Below, in pieces: positions 19,395-28,991 of a DNA stretch of 64,000 bases. Within the stretch, counting starts at the first letter, position 1. The number at the start of each line of letters is the position of its first letter. Made by a program: the position numbers and the translations under genes. The notes beneath the pieces were generated by a model, which saw only the letters and a list, made by a program, of their open reading frames with translations, ran no database searches and was not told the DNA's origin. This stretch comes from an uncultured Muribaculaceae bacterium (GTDB lineage: Bacteria; Bacillota_I; Bacilli_A; RF39; UBA660): contig CAZELY010000001.1 in NCBI GenBank assembly GCA_964513345.1, positions 73,980-137,979 of the forward strand. The letters run 5' to 3'.

Positions 19395-20793
19395 CTTTTT
19401 CTCCTAAGTATGTATTTATTGCTTTTTCCAACAATTGTTTAGTAAATAATCCGGTATATAAGGTATTATTATTTCCGGGAGCAACGATTGAAAAATTAAG
19501 TTGATATGTTTTTAATATTTTAGAAAACGCATAAGTTTTTAAATTAATATACTCAATATTATTAAACAATGTAATAGTTATTTTTTTATTAATGATTCCT
19601 TTTTGAATAATTATTTTGTCATTATTAAAACCGATTTTATTTGTTCGATATTCGCCGTAGCTACAAACAAGCAAAAATATCCAAATAAATATAAAATAAT
19701 ATTTTATAAAAGGAACTAAAGACAAGCTTATTAAAAACAAAGGAATTTTTTTGACAAGATGATGATAAAAGGCACCTTTTGACTCTTTTTTTAGGCTAAT
19801 TTCGTTTTCAAATTCGGGTACTATATTATGTAACACTTCAGAAATCATTTTGGCAGGAATATATAAACTAATTATAGTTTTCTCATTTTCATTTTTGTCG
19901 TTACCGACACCAGCATTTACTACTTCGAGACAATAGTAGTTAGAAAGCCTTGCCTGAAGACTTTGTTTAATAATAAGCGCATTTATTTTTTCTATCGGTA
20001 AACTGTAGTGATAAGTTGTCAAAAGACCGTATGATAATTTTATAGTATTATCTTCCCTTGTTGCTTTAAAATTATAATAGCTAAAGAAATTTTTAATAAC
20101 TGACACAAATAATGGATATAGAAAGACTATAATACCAACAACTATAATAATTAAACTATTTTTAAATATTTCGCCATTATCAGTAACAAGTATGATTAAA
20201 TACATTACTAGTAAAATTATAAAGCTTCTTAAATCTACGGAAAGCCACATATGTCTTAAGATATCTTTGCTGGTATAATTAATTAAGCTATCAATTTCTT
20301 GTTCTTCTTCGCCATTCAAAATACGGTTTTTAATGCCTTTTGCGATATCATTTTTAAACACTAGTTTTGTTTTAATACTAGTATCGATATTATTGTTTAA
20401 TTCAATTTTTAAACTAGCTGTACCAAAAACTTGCTCGAGAATATTACGCTTAATGTTTATTGTTGCAATATCTAAAATATTGATTTTTGAAACATTTTTA
20501 AATAGCCTTCCTGTTTTAACAGTAAGTTCATCTTTATCAATTATAAGATATGTATTTCGCCATCTGATATAGAAAAATAGCGTAAATATAAGAATTACCG
20601 CGAAAAAAATGACGATAATCATAACAACGATATTATTACTATGTCCAGTTAAAAAATTTATGGCTTTATTAATATCATCACCATCACTACTTTGCAAACC
20701 ATTGGATATAATATAAGCAGTAAGCGCAATTATAGCCCAAATGCTCCTAAAAATATTTTCAATTATAACAGTTGGATGCAATCTAGTTTTCAT
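19384..20793 (-). CDS. YdbT-like membrane protein with bacterial PH (bPH_2) domains
   Basis: 469 aa with TM segments and three repeated PH-like modules. Overlaps the downstream YdbS-like gene by 11 nt. Confidence 0.7.
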   Translation of the reverse strand: MKTRLHPTVIIENIFRSIWAIIALTAYIISNGLQSSDGDDINKAINFLTGHSNNIVVMIIVIFFAVILIFTLFFYIRWRNTYLIIDKDELTVKTGRLFKNVSKINILDIATINIKRNILEQVFGTASLKIELNNNIDTSIKTKLVFKNDIAKGIKNRILNGEEEQEIDSLINYTSKDILRHMWLSVDLRSFIILLVMYLIILVTDNGEIFKNSLIIIVVGIIVFLYPLFVSVIKNFFSYYNFKATREDNTIKLSYGLLTTYHYSLPIEKINALIIKQSLQARLSNYYCLEVVNAGVGNDKNENEKTIISLYIPAKMISEVLHNIVPEFENEISLKKESKGAFYHHLVKKIPLFLISLSLVPFIKYYFIFIWIFLLVCSYGEYRTNKIGFNNDKIIIQKGIINKKITITLFNNIEYINLKTYAFSKILKTYQLNFSIVAPGNNNTLYTGLFTKQLLEKAINTYLGEKDEH

Positions 20794-21280
20794 TTTTAGA
20801 CTCCAATTTATGCTTTAATATTTTATTGATTTTATCACTAATCTCTTGTGCCTCATTTTCATTTATAAATCTTATTGATACGACACCGGCCGCAGTATAA
20901 ATATTAATATTTGATAAATTATAAATTCTATCGATAGGTCCAGTATTTAAATCAATTTTTTGAATTCTTTTAATTTGAATTATTGAGCGATTTATCCAAA
21001 ATAATCCTCTTTTGACTTCGATTTTTTCATCGGTAATTAAGTATTTATACCTGTTATATCTAATAACTGGATATAGAAAAATATTCAAAAGTACATTGAC
21101 AATAATTATAGTGGCAAATATGATCAAAATAATTTTATAAATATTATTAAGTTCACCATACGATAAAAGAACCGTTAGAATAATAATTATAGTAATAAGT
21201 AATCCCCAAATAGCTGCATTAATGCGCATGACATTAATAGCTTTCTTATCCAATGATTTATACATAGTATCACTTCCCAC
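20783..21280 (-). CDS. YdbS-like PH-domain membrane protein
   Basis: 165 aa with 2 TMs plus a bPH_2-like domain. It forms the canonical ydbS-ydbT pair. Confidence 0.7.
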   Translation of the reverse strand: MGSDTMYKSLDKKAINVMRINAAIWGLLITIIIILTVLLSYGELNNIYKIILIIFATIIIVNVLLNIFLYPVIRYNRYKYLITDEKIEVKRGLFWINRSIIQIKRIQKIDLNTGPIDRIYNLSNINIYTAAGVVSIRFINENEAQEISDKINKILKHKLESKNEN

Positions 21281-21339
21281 CTATATTATAGCATAATTAT
21301 ATAAAAAAAGATTATATTGTTTCATACCCAATATAATCT

Positions 21340-22101
21340 CTAATTCAATATATTTGCGATAACATCAAAATCAAATTTAGATAAAATAATGATGATAGCT
21401 GCTAGGGCCAAAAAAGGTCCAAATGGTATTATGTGGTCACTATTCTTTTTGATGGTTATAAGTGATATTGGTAATGCAATTATAGAACCAATAAAAATTG
21501 AAAGTAGTGCCATAGGATAACCTAGTACAAAACCAATAATTCCCATTAATTTAATGTCACCACCACCCATTGATTCTCTTTTGAATAGAAAATCGCCGAG
21601 TTTTTTTAATCCCCACATTGTAAAAAATGCTAACACGGCTGCCAAGACATGTTTAAGAAAAACAATTGGGCCATAAATAACCATAACTTCCAGAATTAAT
21701 AATATACCAAACCCAAGTAGTACACTATCATTTATTATCATATAATTATAATCACTTATCATGATTATTATTAACATCGAAGCAAAAGTCAGAGGAATAA
21801 TTATGTCTGTACTTAATCCAAAAATAATATAACATAGTAAAAATACTATTCCAGTGAACATTTCAAAAATTGGATAAAACAATGAAATTTTTTGCTTACA
21901 ATTTCGACATTTACCTTTTTGAAATATATAAGAAAACACAGGAATCAATTCTAGCGTTCCTAGTTTGTGATTACAATTAGGACAGTGGCTTGCTGGAAAA
22001 ACAATTGATTCATTTTTCGGTAAGCGATATCCAACAACATTATAAAAGGATCCAAAAATGGTTCCAATTATAAAACTAAGTATTACGTAAAATATTTCCA
22101 T
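21340..22101 (-). CDS. Prepilin peptidase (A24 family, PilD/ComC/TadV-like)
   Basis: N-terminal CPNCNHKL...CRNCKQKI zinc-binding pairs and GGGDIKLMG. GGGGG RBS. Confidence 0.85.
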   Translation of the reverse strand: MEIFYVILSFIIGTIFGSFYNVVGYRLPKNESIVFPASHCPNCNHKLGTLELIPVFSYIFQKGKCRNCKQKISLFYPIFEMFTGIVFLLCYIIFGLSTDIIIPLTFASMLIIIMISDYNYMIINDSVLLGFGILLILEVMVIYGPIVFLKHVLAAVLAFFTMWGLKKLGDFLFKRESMGGGDIKLMGIIGFVLGYPMALLSIFIGSIIALPISLITIKKNSDHIIPFGPFLALAAIIIILSKFDFDVIANILN

Positions 22102-22109
22102 ATAACCCC

Positions 22110-23642
22110 CTACTGTTGAATTGCACTATACATGTTAAACATCGGAACAACAATCGCTAAAACAATTACTCCTACCATTACTGTTAACATGATAATCATC
22201 GCAGGTTCGACAAAAGATTTAATTCTCGCTACTGAGTTTTTATGTAAGTCTTGATAGTATTGCGAAACTTTGTCCATCATTTCAGCAAGCTGTCCTGTTT
22301 CTTCACCGGTAACTATCATTTCATATGCCGGAATCGGAAAAGCCCATTTGTCCTTAAATGCAGTTGAAATCTTCCCGCCTTTAGCGACATTTAAAACTGC
22401 TTCATCAATCATTTCTTTATAAATTTCGTTATTAGTAATTTTATGTAAAATATCCATACTATCGGTAATAAATACATTGTTTGAAAGTAATGAAGCAAAT
22501 GTTTTTGTAAACGTAGTTACCTCATTATAAATTATTACGTTTTTAAAAACTGGAAGATGCATACCTATTAATTGTATTGAACGACGAAATCCTCTTACAT
22601 TACGATATAAATATGAAAGAAACAAAATTAATACTATGACGCCAATTCCAACGATAATAACATAATTATTTAAAAATTCACTTAAGCCTAGAACCATTTT
22701 TGTGATCCATGGTAAAGTTGCATTGTCCATGCTATTATAAATATCGACAAATTTTGGCACGACAAACAACATTATAAATAATCCAACGCCGATAGCAATA
22801 ACAAATACGATTGTTGGATACATCATTGCTGAAATCATAGCTTTTCTTGTTGATTCCATTTCGGTATAATATTCTTCCATATCATCAAGTGTTTCCGGAA
22901 GTTCGCCTGTCATTTCAGCTGTTTGAACCATGTTTATAAACAACCTAGGAAAAGCTTTCCCTTGCTTATCCAAAGCTTCACTAAAGCTTCGTCCAATTGA
23001 TAAATCATACTTTATGGCTTTTAATATTTTTTGGTGCGTTGGATTTTTAAACTGTTTAGTTAGTTTATTTACTGCATCAGCAAGTGGTATACCAACCTTT
23101 AGATATGTAGATAATTGTGCAATCATGAAAATTAAATCTTTATTTTTAATTCGACTTTGATTTAACTCTTTCGCACTATGAAACATTTGAATATATTTTG
23201 AAGTGCGGATATCAAATACCTTATAACCTTCACTAAGCAAATATGAGTTTACTTCAACAACCGAAAAAGCGTCAAAGTATCCTATTAATGGTTTGCCATT
23301 CTCATCGGCCACCTCATATCTATAAGTAACCTTCTTGTCGTGTTTTTCGGCCTCTTCACCGTTGAAATTAACTTTGAATTCAGGACGTTCCAAGAATTTT
23401 TGCTCTTTTGCTGACAATACTTTTTCATCAGCTTTTTCTTTTATTTTTTTAGAAGTATTAATAACAGTATTACCTATAGCTTCAACTTTACTAGAGTTTT
23501 GTTTAGGAGTTTTGCTTGCTACTTTATTCTTTTTAGGAAAAATGCTTAGTAAAATACTAGGCATATATTTTAATCCAAGTAAAAAATAGTGGAAAAATCT
23601 ATATACATAAATACATGGCAACAATAACGTTTTTGTACTCAT
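22110..23642 (-). CDS. Type II secretion system F-family platform protein (PilC/ComGB-like) with a roughly 110-aa N-terminal extension
   Basis: GspF domains start near TYRYEVADENGKPLIGYF. A strong GGAGGG RBS supports the ATG at 23642, giving a hydrophobic, K-rich N-terminal extension. Confidence 0.75.
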   Translation of the reverse strand: MSTKTLLLPCIYVYRFFHYFLLGLKYMPSILLSIFPKKNKVASKTPKQNSSKVEAIGNTVINTSKKIKEKADEKVLSAKEQKFLERPEFKVNFNGEEAEKHDKKVTYRYEVADENGKPLIGYFDAFSVVEVNSYLLSEGYKVFDIRTSKYIQMFHSAKELNQSRIKNKDLIFMIAQLSTYLKVGIPLADAVNKLTKQFKNPTHQKILKAIKYDLSIGRSFSEALDKQGKAFPRLFINMVQTAEMTGELPETLDDMEEYYTEMESTRKAMISAMMYPTIVFVIAIGVGLFIMLFVVPKFVDIYNSMDNATLPWITKMVLGLSEFLNNYVIIVGIGVIVLILFLSYLYRNVRGFRRSIQLIGMHLPVFKNVIIYNEVTTFTKTFASLLSNNVFITDSMDILHKITNNEIYKEMIDEAVLNVAKGGKISTAFKDKWAFPIPAYEMIVTGEETGQLAEMMDKVSQYYQDLHKNSVARIKSFVEPAMIIMLTVMVGVIVLAIVVPMFNMYSAIQQ

Positions 23643-23749
23643 CCTTTTCCCTCCTATTCTTTTTACTATATATAATTATATCACATTTTATCAGTAAACA
23701 AAACATTTTTTCAAAAAAACATATAATAATATTAGAGAGGAGTTTTCAA

Positions 23750-24067
23750 ATGAACTATTATTACCCCTATTATATGGCAATTCCACCGCGAACATTTAGA
23801 CCAACATTTTTCAGTTCACTTAAAAATAGTTTAAATAACATTAACTTTAATGGTATTTTAAATGGGACGCAAAGGACACTTAATATTATTAATCAGACTA
23901 TTCCGCTTGTGAAACAAATATCGCCAGTTATAAAAAACACTAAAACAATGTTTCGAGTTATGAGTGAGTTTCGTAAAGCAAATCATAACGAAAATGAACC
24001 AAATAACATAGAAAATTTAAAAGCAGAAATTGATAATGAAAATTACGGACCACAATTTTTTCTATAG
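23750..24067 (+). CDS. Hypothetical small protein (Tyr/Pro-rich N-terminus MNYYYPYYMAIPPR)
   Basis: AGAGAGGAG RBS lies 8 nt upstream, and its own terminator hairpin is at 24075-24095. A + strand gene nested between - strand genes. Confidence 0.45.
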   Translation: MNYYYPYYMAIPPRTFRPTFFSSLKNSLNNINFNGILNGTQRTLNIINQTIPLVKQISPVIKNTKTMFRVMSEFRKANHNENEPNNIENLKAEIDNENYGPQFFL

Positions 24068-24070
24068 ACT

Positions 24071-24110
24071 AAAAAAGAAGTTCTAAGAACTTCTTTTAAT
24101 TTTTTTATTT
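24071..24110. terminator. Bidirectional rho-independent terminator
   Basis: AAGAAGTTCT a AGAACTTCTT flanked by an A-run and a T-run. It overlaps the trmK stop. Confidence 0.6.
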
Positions 24111-24703
24111 ATTAGAAAGACAATATAGTGATATTTTAGCTTTTTGATAATTTTTGTTTCATGCTGGCTTTTCATCCGATAATATTTATGCAAATATGTC
24201 ATGTAGCCAATATTTTTTTCTAAAAACGGACTAATAATATAATTGATTTTTTTGCTTCGACCATATTCATAATATGAAATAATATAATAATATTTATCCT
24301 TAATAGCAACCTCGTTTTTTATATGATAACCTTTTTTGTACATATATTTTCGTAGTTCTGGTATATTTGTATGTGCACTAACGATAATATCATTAGTAAT
24401 ATTTCTATCTAAGATTTTCATGATAGTATGCGCACCCATGCCAGAAAGAATAATTATTTCATCATTTAACTCAATATCATGCAAACCATCAGTTACCATT
24501 GTTTTTACATTTACATTAGCTTTATCTATAGTAATTTTAGCATTTTCTAATGCCTTTTCGGATATGTCTGTTGCTAAACAATGACAATTTTTAATTTTGG
24601 TTAGATATATATCGGTCAGTGCATGATCAGCACCAACATCAATCACATTTGCATTATTTGGCACCATATCACATATGGATTGAAGTCGTTTTGATATTTT
24701 CAT
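24083..24703 (-). CDS. trmK: tRNA (adenine22-N1)-methyltransferase TrmK (YqfN-like)
   Basis: SAM-MTase motif VIDVGADHA and DGLHDIE. Location immediately downstream of sigA, as in Bacillus. Confidence 0.7.
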   Translation of the reverse strand: MKISKRLQSICDMVPNNANVIDVGADHALTDIYLTKIKNCHCLATDISEKALENAKITIDKANVNVKTMVTDGLHDIELNDEIIILSGMGAHTIMKILDRNITNDIIVSAHTNIPELRKYMYKKGYHIKNEVAIKDKYYYIISYYEYGRSKKINYIISPFLEKNIGYMTYLHKYYRMKSQHETKIIKKLKYHYIVFLINKKIKRSS

Positions 24704-25770
24704 TAATCTCCTAAGTAATCCTTTAGTTTGCGACTTCTTGATGGATGACGTAGTTTTCGAAGCGCCTTAGCCTCAATTTGTCTAATACGCTCTCTTGTAA
24801 CACCAAATAATTGACCTACTTCTTCAAGCGTACGAGGCCTGCCATCTTCTAAGCCAAAACGAAGTCTAATTACTTTTTCTTCTCTTTCAGTAAGTGTTAA
24901 AAGAACCTCGGCAATTTCATCTTTTAATAGTTCATTAATAGCAAAATCTTCCGGACTCATATTAGTCTCATCAGGAATAAAATCTCCTAAATGAGAATCG
25001 TCTTCCTCACCTATTGGTGTTTCAAGACTTACTGGTTCTTGGCGAATTTTATATATTTCGCGTATTTTTTCAACTGAAGTATTCATTTTTTTAGCAAGTT
25101 CTTCTTCAGATGGTTCTCTATTTAATTCAAGTGTTAGTTGTCTTTCAACACGTGCTAATTTATTAATAGTTTCAACCATATGAACTGGAACTCTTATCGT
25201 TCTTGCTTGATCGGCAATTGCTCTAGTAATAGCTTGTCTAATCCACCACGTGGCATACGTTGAAAATTTGAATCCTTTTTCGACGTCAAATTTTTCTACC
25301 GCTTTCATTAATCCAATATTTCCCTCTTGAATTAAATCTAGAAAAAGCATTCCACGACCAACATATCTTTTAGCAATACTAACGACTAGACGAAGGTTAG
25401 CTTCGGCCAAAGTAGCTTTAGCAACTTCATCACCATCGGCGATTCTATCGGCAAGTTCTGCTTCTTCTTCGTTAGTTAACAATTTAATTTGCCCAATTTC
25501 TTTTAAATACATGCGAACTGGATCATTAATCGTTAAATCCTTCGATAAATTTTCAGTGTCCATGATTTTATCATCGTCGTCATCAGGATTTTCCGATACG
25601 ACTTTAATATTATTATCATTAAATGCGTTATATAAATCATCTAGGCTATCAGCGTCAAGCTCTAGACCTTTTAATTTATCGGCAAGCTCTTCATAGGTTA
25701 TTTGTCCTTTTTGCTTTCCAACTGTAATAAGTTCTTTTTTTCTTTCTTCAAATGTTTTAATTTCATTCAT
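24703..25770 (-). CDS. sigA: RNA polymerase primary sigma factor SigA/RpoD
   Basis: Regions 1.2 to 4.2 present ([52 protein letters not shown]). Confidence 0.95.
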   Translation of the reverse strand: MNEIKTFEERKKELITVGKQKGQITYEELADKLKGLELDADSLDDLYNAFNDNNIKVVSENPDDDDDKIMDTENLSKDLTINDPVRMYLKEIGQIKLLTNEEEAELADRIADGDEVAKATLAEANLRLVVSIAKRYVGRGMLFLDLIQEGNIGLMKAVEKFDVEKGFKFSTYATWWIRQAITRAIADQARTIRVPVHMVETINKLARVERQLTLELNREPSEEELAKKMNTSVEKIREIYKIRQEPVSLETPIGEEDDSHLGDFIPDETNMSPEDFAINELLKDEIAEVLLTLTEREEKVIRLRFGLEDGRPRTLEEVGQLFGVTRERIRQIEAKALRKLRHPSRSRKLKDYLGD

Positions 25771-25772
25771 AA

Positions 25773-27518
25773 TTATACTCCTCTTTTTAAATCAATAATT
25801 TGTTGACCAATTTTAGCTTTTTTAATCGGATCTATTTCGTTTTCCATCTGATTTTTAAGCCTTTTAATTTCATTTTTAACATTATATTTTTTTATAATAT
25901 TAATATAGTCTTCAATTTCTTCAATGCTATATTTTTCACTAAGGTTTGCCTTTTCAACTTCACTAATTATACTTAATATTTCCTCATCACCCTCAATATA
26001 GCTTACAAAATCAGCAATATTAATATAATTGTTTTGTTTATAAAACATGCTAATTTCACGAGCTAAAAGACGATAACTGGTGTTTGGCATATATGTTACT
26101 TTGTTATTGTACATTTTAATTACTTCTTTGCTTTCTAACATGTAGAAAAGTAAATTTCGTTGGGCTAAATCATATATATCAGATTTTGGAATTTCTTCCT
26201 TTTTTACTGTGTTTTTAGGTTTTGTTTTACCTAGATTAACTTGTTTTCTAATCAAGTTTTCATCAACACCTGTATCATTTACAAGCTTTTTAATAATTAG
26301 ATCTTTGTAAATATCATCGTTGATTTTGTTTATTTCAGCGATTACGTCATTAATATATTTTGCTTGGCCAGCTGCTGTTTCTAATTTTTTATCATGTTTT
26401 AAATAATCTAGTTTGAAATCCATAAAATCGATGGCATTTTTAATTTTTAATTCAAATTGTTGTTTTCCATTTTTAAGAATATATTCATCAGGATCTAAGT
26501 TGTCTTCTAGTCGAATTACTTTTGGGGTTACACCAAGTTTAATAAGTTCTTCAGCACAAGCAAGAGTGGCTTTTTCACCAGCAGCATCACCATCAAAGCA
26601 TAAAATAACTTCTTTAGCCATTCGTTTAATCAAACCAGCTTGGTTTTTGGTAACAGCAGTTCCCATAGTAGCAACTACATTAGTTATATCGACCGAATAT
26701 GCGCGTATGACATCCATAAATCCTTCCATAACGATGATTTGATTTTTACTTCGTGCAGGTTCTTTAGCACGGTGATAATTATATAATAGCTCCCCTTTTT
26801 TAAATATACTAGTTTCTTTAGTATTAATATATTTAGGAACGTTTTTATCTTCTAAATCGTTACCATGATATTTACGTCCACTATATGCCACTACCTGACC
26901 ATTTAAATCGTATAATGGAAACATGATTCGATCATAGTATAGGTCAGCAAGACCAAAATTGTTTTTATAAATCAAACCAGAATTAATAAGATCGGATTCT
27001 TTAAATTTTTTTTGTAATAATTTTGCTAAATTTGTGTTGTTCTTAAGTGCTAAGCCAATTTCGAAATCTTTTATAATTTTTTCATCAATACTTCGTGATT
27101 TTAAATATTCTTTGGCAGCCTTGCCATCTTTAGTATTAATATTATTGATGTAAAATTTTAAACTTAAATTATATATATCATTAAGTGTTGTATATACTTT
27201 TTTTGTAGGTATTTTTCCAACATCCACAGCTACACCACATGAATCGGCAAGTTTTTTTACTGCTTCAATAAAAGAAATTTTTTCGTAGTTCATTAAAAAC
27301 GTAAAAGCATTACCAGTAGCTCCACATGAAAAACACTTGTAGATTTTTTTCTCGCGACTGACACTCATGCTTGGATTATTATCATCGTGAAAAGGGCAAA
27401 TTCCAAAATAGTTTTTACCTTTTGGCACCAATGAAACATAGTTAGAAATAACATCTACAATGTCTGTTTTATTTTTGATTTCTTCAATTTTTTCTTGGCT
27501 TATCACATTCACGGACAT
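25773..27518 (-). CDS. dnaG: DNA primase DnaG
   Basis: Zinc finger [13 protein letters not shown]...CFSCG, a TOPRIM domain EGFMDV, and a position upstream of sigA. Confidence 0.9.
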   Translation of the reverse strand: MSVNVISQEKIEEIKNKTDIVDVISNYVSLVPKGKNYFGICPFHDDNNPSMSVSREKKIYKCFSCGATGNAFTFLMNYEKISFIEAVKKLADSCGVAVDVGKIPTKKVYTTLNDIYNLSLKFYINNINTKDGKAAKEYLKSRSIDEKIIKDFEIGLALKNNTNLAKLLQKKFKESDLINSGLIYKNNFGLADLYYDRIMFPLYDLNGQVVAYSGRKYHGNDLEDKNVPKYINTKETSIFKKGELLYNYHRAKEPARSKNQIIVMEGFMDVIRAYSVDITNVVATMGTAVTKNQAGLIKRMAKEVILCFDGDAAGEKATLACAEELIKLGVTPKVIRLEDNLDPDEYILKNGKQQFELKIKNAIDFMDFKLDYLKHDKKLETAAGQAKYINDVIAEINKINDDIYKDLIIKKLVNDTGVDENLIRKQVNLGKTKPKNTVKKEEIPKSDIYDLAQRNLLFYMLESKEVIKMYNNKVTYMPNTSYRLLAREISMFYKQNNYINIADFVSYIEGDEEILSIISEVEKANLSEKYSIEEIEDYINIIKKYNVKNEIKRLKNQMENEIDPIKKAKIGQQIIDLKRGV

Positions 27519-27694
27519 CTACTCCCTACTATTAATATACGATTTTTTTTCATTATTTCCTTTTTTTATACAAAAAAAGTTATATTTTTTTAGCAAAAAT
27601 CATGCGTTTTTGTAAATTTTAATGGTTTTTTAAACAAAATTAATGTTTTTTTAAGATTGCGGTATAATAGTGAAGCAAATATCAAAGTTACTTA

Positions 27695-27722
27695 TAAAGA
27701 AAAAGATTGTGTTACACAATCT
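27695..27722 (-). terminator. Terminator hairpin
   Basis: GATTGTGT ta ACACAATC, a perfect 8-bp stem, followed on the - strand by TTTTTCTTT. Confidence 0.5.
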
Positions 27723-27724
27723 AA

Positions 27725-28177
27725 TTAATTATAGCTTTTTCTTATATATTCAATTAATTCTTCTTTTTTATATTTATCATCGAATTCAATTGTAAATTCA
27801 ATATTAAAGGCAGGTTTGTTATAGTCAAAATTTGATTTAACGGATTTTATATTTTCGTTTTCAAATAAATCCATAACTAAACCCCGATAGCAATATTCGC
27901 AGCACATATCATCAATTGTATACTTCAGCTTCTTAAAATTACCTGCGGTACCTTTATCGAATTCGAATAATATGGAATATTTATTATCTTGAAATATTTC
28001 AATATATTTCATAATAATAGCAGGCGTTGTTTTTTCATTATGTTCAATGTTTAATATAGTTAAATAATCTTTATCTTGAAATTCTACACTGGTTATACCT
28101 TCTTGTGTTAACAAGAATTCCTTTAATTCATCAGTTATATTATAATCGTCTAAAATAAGTTTCATCTCACTCACCAC
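27725..28177 (-). CDS. Hypothetical protein with a C-terminal HMA-like (CxxC) domain
   Basis: DDMCCEYCYRGLVMDLF...IKSVKSNFD resembles a ferredoxin-like heavy-metal-associated fold. The start is GTG at 28177 or ATG at 28165. Confidence 0.4.
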   Translation of the reverse strand: MVSEMKLILDDYNITDELKEFLLTQEGITSVEFQDKDYLTILNIEHNEKTTPAIIMKYIEIFQDNKYSILFEFDKGTAGNFKKLKYTIDDMCCEYCYRGLVMDLFENENIKSVKSNFDYNKPAFNIEFTIEFDDKYKKEELIEYIRKSYN

Positions 28178-28339
28178 TCATATTGTATCATACTTTTATT
28201 AATTACGCATTACCAATTTAAATTCAAAAACAAATTAATAGTTTATCTATATGATTGAGATCAAGGTGTGATGGTTATCAATAGTAAATCGAATGAATTT
28301 TATAAAAAGAACTATCATTGTGATAATTTTTTATTTTTT

Positions 28340-28951
28340 TTAAATATTAATTATATCATTACTATTTAATTTCTCAGCAATATCAAAGCCAAATTTGTTT
28401 ATATAATCAATTGCGTCCGATATTTGTTCTTCTTGTGATCGATTATAATATTTATAGTTAATATATGAAACAACTACACCGATGTCATCTATTTCTTTTA
28501 ATTTAATCTTAGTTGGTTTATTATACCTTGTAAATAAATGTTCAGTTATTTTGTCATTTATTTTAATTGATTTGAAAGAACGAAATCCTTGCTTAAATAG
28601 CAAATTATAATAATAATCATATGGTTTCTTTAATTTAATATTAATTTCATGAATGTTTAAAGAATTTTTAAATTTATTCTTTTCATCTTCACTTAGAAAA
28701 TACAATATTTCTTCATTCTCCAAAAATGTTGAAATACATTCTTTATTGTCATTATTTATCAATCCATCTACTAAATTATTTGGAACACTAGCAAAATCAT
28801 GTACCACATTTAAAAAATAAATTAATTTTTCATAGTCACCATTGCATAACATTTTATCAACTATTGAATTTACCAATGATTCATCCACATTATCAATAGG
28901 TTTATTAAGTGAATCAATTAGATTTTTTTCTTCTTCAGTATACTTCTTCAT
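28340..28951 (-). CDS. Hypothetical protein
   Basis: Start at the ATG at 28951, spaced 6 nt from a GAGGTG RBS. No motif recognised. Confidence 0.4.
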   Translation of the reverse strand: MKKYTEEEKNLIDSLNKPIDNVDESLVNSIVDKMLCNGDYEKLIYFLNVVHDFASVPNNLVDGLINNDNKECISTFLENEEILYFLSEDEKNKFKNSLNIHEINIKLKKPYDYYYNLLFKQGFRSFKSIKINDKITEHLFTRYNKPTKIKLKEIDDIGVVVSYINYKYYNRSQEEQISDAIDYINKFGFDIAEKLNSNDIINI

Positions 28952-28991
28952 TATGAACACCTCATAAGTATTATATCATATTTATTTTTAA

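Noticed and set aside
27650-27672. TTGCGGTATAAT promoter-like sequence on the + strand upstream of dnaG
   Set aside because: No + strand gene lies downstream, where it would read antisense into the 27725-28177 gene. The spacing between the TTG and TATAAT is zero, so it is not a real -35/-10 pair.
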